From contig NC_068982.1 in the NCBI RefSeq assembly GCF_001194135.2, positions 161,370,132 through 161,433,696 on the forward strand: a stretch of 63,565 nucleotides of DNA, written 5' to 3'. The translations under genes were made by a program, and so were the position numbers. Under the pieces are notes generated by a model. That model was not told where the DNA came from and did not search any database. It was given only the letters and a program-made list of their open reading frames with translations. This DNA comes from Octopus bimaculoides. Its lineage: Eukaryota. Below are positions 23,866 through 34,060 of this stretch, piece by piece (the stretch's first letter is position 1; every line of letters begins with the position of its first letter).

Positions 23866-25028
23866 GGTGCAACAGTATCAAAGAAAGGTTAACTGGGAAG
23901 ATAGTTTTTGTGTGTGGCAGATGCGCAGGGGCAATAAACACTGAAGATGTACAGAAAACAGATTCCGTCACATGCCAGGAGGGAAAACCTAGAAGTAGTT
24001 AATAGCTGACACGACCTAGGCAACGAAGTCTGTAGTGGGGGTGCTTGCTCTGAGAGTGTAGCAGCCAGAATAAGAATAACCTGGGCAAAGTTCAGGGAGC
24101 TCTTACCTCTGCTGGCAACTAAGGGCCTCTCGCTCAAGGTGAAAGGTAGACTGTATGATGCATGTGTGCAAACTGCCATGCTACATGACAGTGAAACTGG
24201 TTTGTGACTGCTGAGGACATGTGTAGGCTTGAAAGAAATGAAGCTAGTATGGTCTACTAGATGTGTAATGTCAGTGTGCTTACATGACAGTGTAAGCTCC
24301 CTGAGAGAAACGTTGGGCATAAGAAGCATCAAATGTGGTGTGCAAGAGAGACTGCTGGTATAGTCATGTGTTACGTATGGATGAGGACAGCTGTGTGAGG
24401 AAGTGCCACTCCCTAACTGTGAAAGGGACCTGTGGAAGAGGTAGACCCAGAAAGACATGGTAAAGCATGACCTTTGAACATTGGGCCTCACAGAGGCAAT
24501 GACAGGAGGCTGAGACCTTTGGAGATATTCTGTGATTGAGAAGACCCGGCAACTAAAGTGAGATTGCAGCCATGGCTGATGCCAGTTTTGCATGTCCGGC
24601 CCATTTAAGAGTACCCCTAATGTGTCAGGCAATATGATATGCTTGAGAAGACCTGTTGAGTCCAGTAAAACCAAAATTGTATCTGTAGCCAGTGCCCTCT
24701 GACTGGTTCCCAATCCGGTGGCATGTAAAATGCATCATCTGAATGTGATCAATACCAGTGTCTCCTGACTGGCTCCCATGCTGGTGGCACATAAAAAGCA
24801 CTATCCAAATGTGATCGATGCCAGTCCCGCTTGATTGGCTCCTGTGCCGGTGGCATGTAAAAAGGACCCACTACACTCTCAGAGTGGTTGGCGTTAGGAA
24901 GGGCATTCAGCTGTAGAAACATTGCCAGATCAAATTGGAGCCTGGTGCAGCCACTGGCTCTCTAGATCTCAAACTGTCCAACCTATGCCACCATGGAAAA
25001 CATATATTAAACAATGATGATGATGATA
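23866..25028 (+). mobile_element. 5'-truncated RTE-clade LINE: C-terminal RT/thumb region, 3' UTR and (GAT)n tail
   Basis: Frameshifted translation: ..KERLTGKIVFVCGRCAGAIN..LEVVNS*HDLG..ARIRITWAKFRELLPLLATKGLSLKVKGRLYDACVQTAMLHDSET..RLERNEASM..GTCGRGRPRKTW. (GAT)n tail. 12-bp TSD TATAATATAAAA at 23854-23865 and 25029-25040. Confidence 0.88.
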
Positions 25029-25052
25029 TATAATATAAAATATTATTATTCA

Positions 25053-25272
25053 GGCAGCGAGTTGGCAGAATTGTTAGCATGCCAGGCAAAATGCTTAGCA
25101 GCATTTTGTCCATCTTTACATTCTGAGTTCAAATTCCGCTGAGTTTGACTTTGCCCATCATCTTTTTGGAGTCAATAAATTATCAGTGAAATGCTGGGGG
25201 TTGATGTAATTAACTAGTCCCCTCCATACAAAGGCCTTGTACCTTTAGTAGAAAGGATTATTATTATTATAA
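25053..25272 (+). mobile_element. SINE with the same head and an (ATT)n tail
   Basis: GGCAGCGAGTTGGCAGAATTGTTAGC ... GAGTTCAAATTCC ... GGCCTTGTACCTTTAGTAGAAAGG(ATT)n. Confidence 0.8.
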
Positions 25273-28232
25273 CAACATATAGTATATATAACTCCTAGTA
25301 AATGTGAGTTCTACTCTTATTTGTCCATTCACTTGTGTGTATGCATGCATTTGTGTATACACACATGCACACAAAGTTAAAAATGAAACATCAATCAAAA
25401 TTTTAAAAATTCTACCAGAATTATATAATTGAATTATTATTCCCTGAAATGTCTGTTATCTAAGTCATATCTTGAAGAAACTATTTTATTGTCCTAATTA
25501 TTACATGTCTTTAGTTTACATTGCCACCCACCACATCTGTTATCATACTGGGGTTTTTTTTGTTTTTCTTTTGTAAGCCAGTTTCAGTTATAACATGCTA
25601 ATGTTATGTTGATGTTGGATACTTGTTCCAGCTCCCTTATTTTCTATTTCAGTTTATAAAAACACCTCAAGATAGGAAAGTGTGTAATTTAAAAATCCCC
25701 TCATTCAAAATGTCCACCCTTTTGACTTTACAATTCTCTTAGGTTTAAAATTGCTTTCCTATCCTTATCTTCTAGTTTTAAGTAAACATTTGATAGTTGA
25801 TGTTGGTTACATGGGTCTATCGCTCACAATGTACATCACTTTGAAATACTTTCTACATTGATATTGTATCACTTATTTATTGTTGGGTGTGGCTGTTTTA
25901 TTTTTATATCTTACTGAGTGGAATTGTAGCAATAACTTTTATAACCGGATTCCTTCTCTAAGTGCCAATTATTCCATTTGAGAAATTATATATAAGGACG
26001 GCTGTATTGCTGTGAAGCTAGGAATAATGTCTCATACGATATGAACTTCCTTTGTGTGATTAGAGACACAAGGTTCTGTTTTGTTTGATGTAATTAAAAA
26101 TAAAACTGGAGGTTGTTATAGTGAAATAAGGCAGGGTTCTTGCAGATAGACTATTTTGGATTGAAGTTAATATTCACAGTTTGAAAATATAAAAAAAGAA
26201 TCAAAAACCTGAAATCTGAATTTAGAACTGGTTGGTATAGTAATGTTCATGGTGTCTAGCCTCAGGGCAACCCTAAGATCCAGCAAATATATGATCAAAG
26301 TTGCTTCAGCTTGTGACTCTCGCCTCTTTTATTCAGATGTATTGTATCTAGGACTACATTATCTTATATATTCTTACTTTTGTAAAGTACTAAGACATAA
26401 AGAATGTAAGTAAGAATTAGTTTGTGTATTTTGTACTGAATCTCCCTTGTTAACTTTTGATGATTTAAAACTGGTATTATTTCCAACTAGAAGAGTAATC
26501 TGCTGTTTATCTGTATGTAACCTAATATAAGGTATGTTTGATATTATAGACTTTTCATGAATCCCTTGCCCAAACTAATGATATTCTTTCTATCACATCT
26601 GAACACCAGTGACAATAATGATGATTCATTTTAGTTTATCTTGTTATTTCCTCATCATCACTTTCTATGTAAACAGGTTAGCTAATGTATCAACCATTGA
26701 GATTTAGGTTTTTTTCTATTTACATTCTACTAACTATATATTCTGCTTTACAACAATTTATTACTCATTATGATGTATCTTTACTGTCTAAGTCATATAT
26801 CTTGAAGAAAATGTTTACATTCCCAGCCACCAACTCTTCCGGCATCCACCACAGCTCTTCCTAGTTTCATTCATACTGCATCATTGACTGCTATAATTCC
26901 TATAGTCCTTCTGACATCAACTTTATTCTGTTACTTATGTTTTTCTATTTAACATCTAATGCTTTCTTACAAAGGAGAATTCCTTTCTGATCAACAACCA
27001 AAATACTCTCTAAATGTTGGCAAGCACTATAGCTGAGAAGCTACTAGACTACTAAGCACATAATCTTAAGTTGATACCCTACTGTCTTTCTGATATATTC
27101 CTGTACATGATATAACTTAGCTTTCACCAGCTGGTAAAAAAAAAATCAGATTTCACATATTTCGCTGTAGAATAAATAAGTAGGGAACATCATTAAACTA
27201 TAAAAAATAATTGCTCCACAGTTGCTAATGAAGGAACCTCTATCTAGTCACTTGAAATCAATCCGGTTACCTTACCATCTTTAAAAAAATGAATATATTG
27301 AATGACTAATGAAGTCCTATATGAATGAAATAGCTTTAATTGATCAAGGTTGGTGTGGGACTAAATAATAATTGTTCCAACAAGTAAGCCATTTGACGAA
27401 TGAAAACAGATTTATATGAATCAGCAGAAAGTGTTATTACATGACATGCTACTAACTTATTCTTTATCAGTAATTGATATGTCATTAAAGTGAGTTGTTA
27501 CATGGGTATAAGGCCTTGGATTTCCTGAAGGAAACAAGATTGTATTACATATATGGGGTAGAGTTTCTTGAGAATCAGTACCTCCTCAGAGTTAAATTAT
27601 TATCAGCAGAAATTGAAATAGATATGTGGACTGCCAGGAGATTGCCTTTACATAGTTTAGTAGACTGTTCTGACATTCTATCCTTTCAGTTTACCTGAAA
27701 TGTCACTGCATCATGCAGATATTAAATACAGTATTTCTCCTAAGGAAGGAAAGCTGTAAAGATTGATAAAGAAGAGGTAAACGAATTGCTGTTACATAAA
27801 ATTAACATGGTTTTAAACTTTTTGTCCAACTCCATTTTGTTTTCTCATTAAAAGAGGGTGGAGTGGTGAAAATTTTCAGTAATCTTTTTAGAGGAGTACT
27901 CAGTTTAATACATTGAACATGGCAAACACAGTAACTTTGCTTTCAGTTTTAAGTAATCAAGACTTGCAAGTGTACAAAAGAGATCTAACTATTGTTGAAC
28001 AAGGCTTAACCAAAAAACAAGAGTAACAATTCAGAAGATTTTTTAATAGGTTGATCTGCTAATCTCAGTTAATAAAAATATGCAATGCAGTGAAGGGAAG
28101 AATAAATTGATGTGTCAGTCTTATTAGACCACCTCACATACTTGAGGCATAGTCATTCATACAGAAATAATTTATTCTCAAACACATGATAATGCTAATA
28201 CAATAGCATGAACTGCAGAAAAATCTGTTACT

Positions 28233-28304
28233 GGCTTGCCATGAAACTTGAACTCGCATCCTTATGATTATGCGTCAAGTGTTTTACCTTTAAGCTAAAC
28301 TGCC
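28233..28304 (-). pseudogene. Second copy of the tRNA-like sequence, inverted (anticodon reads CAT, probably CpG decay of CGT)
   Basis: Reverse complement GGCAGTTTAGCTTAAAGGTAAAACACTTGACGCATAATCATAAGGATGCGAGTTCAAGTTTCATGGCAAGCC aligns with 28585-28656. Confidence 0.55.
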
Positions 28305-28584
28305 CATTATGAATTCTTCTGCAATTTGAGGATTCATAAGTTTAGCTTTATAAGATGCTAATGTTAAATTCAACTTAGGATGAAAGTAAACAAAGTTTGC
28401 TTTAGAAGCTATTGTATTAGCATTATCATACATTTGAGAATAAATTATTTCTGTATCTTTCAATACATCTCGACACTTCTAAAGCAAATTTTGTTAGTTT
28501 ACTTTCATCATAAGTTGAATTTAACATTAGTGTCTTATAAAGCTAGATTTATAAATCCTAAAATTGCAGAAGAATTCGTTACTG

Positions 28585-28656
28585 GGCAGTTTAGCTTAAA
28601 GGTAAAGCACTTGACGCGTAATCACAGGGATGTGAGTTTGAGTCTCATGGCTGGCC
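28585..28656 (+). pseudogene. tRNA-Thr(CGT)-like sequence (pseudogene or repeat-borne)
   Basis: Hand-folded cloverleaf: acceptor GGCAGTT/GGCTGGC (1 mismatch, 2 G:U); D arm GCTT-AAAGGTA-AAGC; anticodon arm CTTGA-CGCGTAA-TCACA (3 of 5 pairs, CGT at 28617-28619); T arm GTGAG-TTTGAGT-CTCAT. Confidence 0.6.
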
Positions 28657-31469
28657 GGCAATGAATTTTTCTGCAATATATGGATAGTTTATCCTGTTCA
28701 TGCTATTGTATTAGCATTATCATGCATTTGAGGATAAATTACTTCTGCATCTTTCAACGCTTCTAAAGCAAACTTTGTTTGTTTACTTTCATTGTAAGTT
28801 GAATTTATAGTCATGTATCTGTAAGATTGATTAAAAAAAAAAAACTATATTCATATACAGGCACTGTACATATATTGGTATATTAGTCTGAAGGAAATAG
28901 CTGAAAAATATTATCTGCTTGGTAAGCGATGACATGCTGATACATGTGCAATTTTTATTGTTTAATCCCAGATCAGCTCTGATTCAGCAAATTTATCAGG
29001 GATTCCAAATTGTGACCATCCCATCTTTTATCCAGACTTTGTGTATGCTAGAACGACTTTATCCAATATGTCAATCCCTTTTTTAAAGTGTTTGGGCGTA
29101 ATTTCAAGTTCTTTTTGACTGACTACAAAGAGGTTTTGTATCCATTGTCCAGATACAGTTGTACCAAAGAGAGAAAAAAAAAACTAGTATTCTCACACCT
29201 CCTCACAACAAAATGTTCAACATCTATGACAATGGTAACATTCTTTGTATTTTGAAATACTTGAAAAATCTCTAAGCATGTGTTAATGAAAGAAAGACAT
29301 TCACAAGCCATCAGGAATTTGCATTTATTGGTATAAAATACATTATAATGCACTCATTCACATACATTATATACACTCATTCATACACCACTCATTCATA
29401 CACATAATTTAATAAATGTATATGTCTATGAATGGATTTGATATCTTGTTTACTAAATGGTTGCAGAAAATCTCTGCAATAAAACATACACTAAATGTAA
29501 AAGTCATTCAACACCTATTTTGTATGTGAGAAATACTACTATCTGGGCAGCTTTTCCTAATTTATGCAACACACACACACACTTCATAGGTTTTGTTTAT
29601 TTTTTTAAATATCTCTAGAATTGTGTAGTCTTGCGGCCATTCTTAATTAAAATAATTGGAGGAAAAATTGGTTGCTATTTCTTGTAGGTCAAGTAAATGC
29701 ATTGGGACTTTTCATTATTGGCTTGGAGTAATCTTAAGTCGTTTAGCCTCAGATCAGCCTAGATCAAACAGACCTATGATAGAAAGCATTCCACTTAAGA
29801 CAAGTCCATCTTTTTGTACATCAAAAACTATATTGTTTATTAGATCTTCTAAGATAAGGAAATTGACTTGCTATTTCCAGCAAGTCAAGTGACCACTCAA
29901 ACTTCTTTGCAGACCATTAAATCCAGGTGATATCCATTGATATCATTTCGAGTGGGGAGAATATTGTTTCGTAGTAACACAGTAGGCAGACCAGCCAATA
30001 CTCTCAATATTCTTGCCTACCAGAAAACAACTTTCTCTTAAACTATTCATATTTCATTCCTTCAGAGATGTGTTTAGTGTATGTAAGAGGTAATATGAAT
30101 TGTTTTTCATTATTTCAGTTTCGCAGACATGGCCTGTCATGTATACATATTCATGGGAATGTGCACAAATCTTGATATTTCACTTGATGTTTGGCATAAT
30201 GACTGGTTACACTAATCTTTCAAAGATCTATGAAATATAAAAATTCCTAACATGGAAAAAAGGTGAGGGTTAGCGATAGGAAGAGCATCTAGCCATAAAA
30301 TTTTACTTCATATCAATCCCTGTCCTGCTCATGCTGGCATAGACACATGGATGTTGAATGAATGAATGAGAAAAATGGGTGGTGTAAGATGTGATTTACT
30401 GTATGTGTAACATAGGGAGAAAGATAACTTGCGAGAGGAAGAGATTATAGTGTTTCAGTTACATGCATATATCTATATGTTTCGTAAATGAATAAATATT
30501 CAACAAATGTTTACATAGATATTATTATTGGTTATTATTAATAAAATAAATAACAATAATATAAGAGGCCAGCAAGCAAAAGCCGATACATAGCAAATCC
30601 CAAATTTTATAATTGAGTGCAACACAAGGTGCCAACATTGCTGTAAAAATCAGTGTCAAAAAAACCCTAATAACCACCATTTCACTGATTTACTTACAAC
30701 ATGCACTTTTCAAATAAGGATTTATGTGTGTAAATGTGTGTGTGTTAGTATATTAACAATCTATAAATATATAGACTGTATATCGAACATTGACATCATG
30801 TATCCAGTTGATTGTTAAAAACAAATACAAAATAAAACTGATCAGGGATTTTGAATCTTCAAGATCAGCTTCCATCTGAAACTGTCTCCTATTTACATTT
30901 TTTTTTTTCTTCCCAATAGTTCATAAGCATTCCCACTGAGTTTTTCAAATCCTCAAAAACAGTTAACAATGTGCACAAACTTCTGACTGGTCGCTCTCTT
31001 CAGTAAAAGAAACCATTTTAAACCTCCTCCCCTTCCACTTTAATTTCTCATGCACTTTATTATTCACAGTGTATTTTATTTTCATAAATGCTGTAAATTG
31101 TTTTGCTGTTGTTTAGGCACAAGTCAACCTTGATCCAATCAATCAATTAACCAAATCAGAGGCAATCTAACAATGTCTATTACCCCTAAAAGAGTTGCAT
31201 ACTCTGACTATGTTATCCAACATGTCTTTTTTAAAAGGGAGTGTGGTTTGAAGAAGATTTGGTTGTTATTTCTAGTAGAGTGAGTTTTAGCTTTTAGTCA
31301 AGATAACCCCATAGTGCTGTTATCTAAAATAATTGATGTATTTATATCCAAATTAAAATCTCCGGCAAAGTTTTATGATTTCATGAATAGACTGAAGACT
31401 GAATCTTTGGAATCTCTTGGTGGATTTTTCTTAACTGTATAAACTGATTAGTCAATGAAGTGACACCAC

Positions 31470-31725
31470 GAGGTCAAGAAGACCCTGTAGTCTTGTTGAA
31501 GACATGGCAACTGCTCTAGTGCTAGTGCCATGATAAAATGCACCCATTACACTCTGTAAAGTGGTTGATGATAGGATGGGCAGCCAGTTATATAAACCAA
31601 CCCCAAAATGAAATTTACAAATGAAACATGGTCCTGTAACTACCAATAAGAAGTGACTTGAGCTGTGATAATCTGTCCAAATTCTGCCAGCATGAATGGA
31701 TGTAAAATGATGATGATGATGATGC
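31470..31725 (+). mobile_element. RTE-type tail fragment (ACACTCTGTAAAGTGG subfamily)
   Basis: Tail motifs and (GAT)6. Confidence 0.7.
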
Positions 31726-32672
31726 ATCCAATTGTATTTCCAGTTTCTTCAAAAATATTCATTAATAAGTTAATGTCTGTTGACTAAACCCTTTGATTTT
31801 TTAATTAAAGCACATATGTAGTCCATAATTTGCTAGAAATAGAGTTAAAATATACAAGAATACCTGTATACCAGCATATCTGTAACTGCAGGACCTAAAG
31901 ATTAGTAACTATAATTACAAATGAAAGTTTATACCTCTGAATGGCCACTATAATTACTCTCATTTTCATTCAAAAACTTGTCTCAGAATATTTTGGCACT
32001 GTTCCTGCACTGCATCTTAATCATTAACGTTAGGCAGCTAAATTTGGTAAATTCCTTGGGAAAATGGATATGAAAACATGATTTGTTATTATGAATGAAA
32101 TGTTGAAATAAGATAAGTATATGTTGGCGTGGCATATGTTAAATACATCATATTCTTCAACTCTGTGTTTTGTTAATAGTGATAATTGGACAAGATAAAC
32201 AAGTTACTAAATTTTATGTGAATATGAGAAAACTCAGTCAAGATTAGTTTCAAGATAATTTTTTTAAGAAGTTATGTTGACATTATCTCAAGATTTGCTA
32301 ATTTGTTGATTATTATTTATTCTTAAATGATCTTTCATCATTTCAAATGGCTGAAGCTGCAAAATTTTTATATTTGGTAATGGATCAAACAGCAAATGTA
32401 TTTCATATTATGTTAAATGGAAAAAACAAATGATCATTTCTCTACTTTGATTTCATATTCCTTTTTATTTTATTGTAATGAATTGGATAAATTATTTTTG
32501 TTTAAAACTGCTGCAATTATTTAAAACTTTGTTTGTTTGTTTTTCTGCTGTTTGTTTATAACTTTAAAAAATGTTTGTCATAAATGTTGATAAAACGTTT
32601 TGGTCTTCATTATCTTGTCTTTGTGTGATATTTTATGAGCTAGGTTAGCAATTTAACCTTGTACCTCCTTAG

Positions 32673-32892
32673 CCTTTAGCATTTAAACCAGCCATACTCA
32701 ACACAAATATTTTACCTGGCATGCATTCAAACCAGCTGGATCCAGCCTCTCATATTAACACCAAAATGTCATTGTTAAAATATACAATCACATCATCAAA
32801 ATCTCAAAGCTGCAAGATAATGCATGATTAACTTCAAAACAATGTGAAGAGAAAAGCATTACATTTGATAGGGTAATCTGAATGCTAAATGG
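32673..32892 (-). mobile_element. piggyBac-type MITE, copy 3 (degenerate ends)
   Basis: CCTTTAGCATT ... AATGCTAAATGG, flanked by TTAG and TTCA; interior aligns with copy 1. Confidence 0.7.
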
Positions 32893-33869
32893 TTCAACAC
32901 CTTAAAATGAACAATAGATCCAGCAGCTTCATAAGAGATTTCAGTTTCAATTCTGAGTCTAATTTATAAATAATTAATTTTACCTGAAGAATACTGTATA
33001 AAACATTGAACACTTGTTAATGGTGAACATACAGTAGTTTTTTTTTTTTTAAATAAAATTAAAGTTTTCTTAAAAATCATGCCTTACCACCTCAACTTTC
33101 CTACCATATTACTATCTGAATGCTGACTATAAGAGGAATATTGTTTAGAATATATTCCTCCACTCCATCATTTTTGACTAATTACCCTTGATTTTCTTAA
33201 TACTTGTAAATTAAACCATAACCTATATCTACACTGGAAGTTGACAGTGGACCATTTGTTTTATATATTGTTACATTGTGTGTGACAGATTTTAAAATAT
33301 ATTCATATATTCCATTATAATTTTGAGAATTTTTTAGTTGTGTTCCAAACAATGTCTTATTGATGAAAAAGTTTACTAAATTCTTTCAAATTCTTCATTA
33401 TTTTCAAAATGAATTTAATCACAAAGATGGTGCAATGAATGTATCATTAGAAATATCACAAAAGGATAAATATAGCTAATATCTAAAATTAAACTTGTAC
33501 TGTAAAGAAAGGTCTGACAAATTAATAGACTTGTTTTCAAATCTGTTTATTATAAGTAAAATTATTAGATTCATTACAAAATTTTAAAATCTGTTTTAAT
33601 CAAATGCATAAAAATAATATTCAGTAAGGTCTCTCTCTCTTTTGAAGATAACCTAACAAGGAAATAGAAGCCTCTAGCAGCTACTGGAAGTAGCAACCAA
33701 ATACAAGTTTATCAGGTCATCATGTGATGAAGATAGTTGATATAAGAGTTAAGAAGAAACTAAAGAGGGGATAATAGATCAGTGTTCTTTATCCTATGAA
33801 AGTAGTTATTAGTATTTAATAGCTGAATGTATAGTCTCATACTTATGGCAATGAGTGTAATATATGTGT

Positions 33870-34060
33870 TGTTTAACCCTAAGTCAGCCCTGATCTAGTT
33901 GATTTACAACCAAAGTTGTTCCGTCTTTGACCATCCTACTTTTTATTCAGACATTTTTTCTAGTACTCTAACTAGTAGGTTGTTCCTTTAAGATAGCGGG
34001 ATGAGGTTTGAGGGCAACTTACCTACTATTTTGAACAGTGTGACTGATAATCTAGGGGTT
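33870..34060 (+). repeat. Representative copy of an unclassified bipartite interspersed repeat (about 20 copies in the window)
   Basis: Module 1 AGGTCAGCCCTGATC.AGCAGACCTATGATCAAAGGCATTCCAGCC; module 2 GTGTGATTTGAGGGAGATTTGGCTGCTATTTCTAGCAGGTC. Other copies near 5401, 11905(-), 17000, 17870, 20680, 26250, 27240(-), 28960, 29730, 31120, 34240, 38740(-), 43570, 44960, 46545(-), 49000(-), 49675(-), 56640, 59460 and 61960. Confidence 0.65.

Larger units (their letters stand above)
28159..28807. repeat. Inverted-plus-tandem array of a ~294-bp unit
   Basis: 28159-28408 is the reverse complement of unit segments. GCTATTGTATTAGCATTATCAT recurs at 28408 and 28702; CTTCTAAAGCAAA recurs at 28476 and 28760. 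Confidence 0.85.

Noticed and set aside
23889-24713. 274-aa minus-strand ORF
   Set aside because: It is the antisense shadow of the plus-strand RTE LINE; the peptide has no recognisable domain.
24689-24870. Regularly spaced palindromic repeats resembling a CRISPR array
   Set aside because: Eukaryotic LINE 3' UTR; whole units are homologous, there are no unique spacers and no cas genes.
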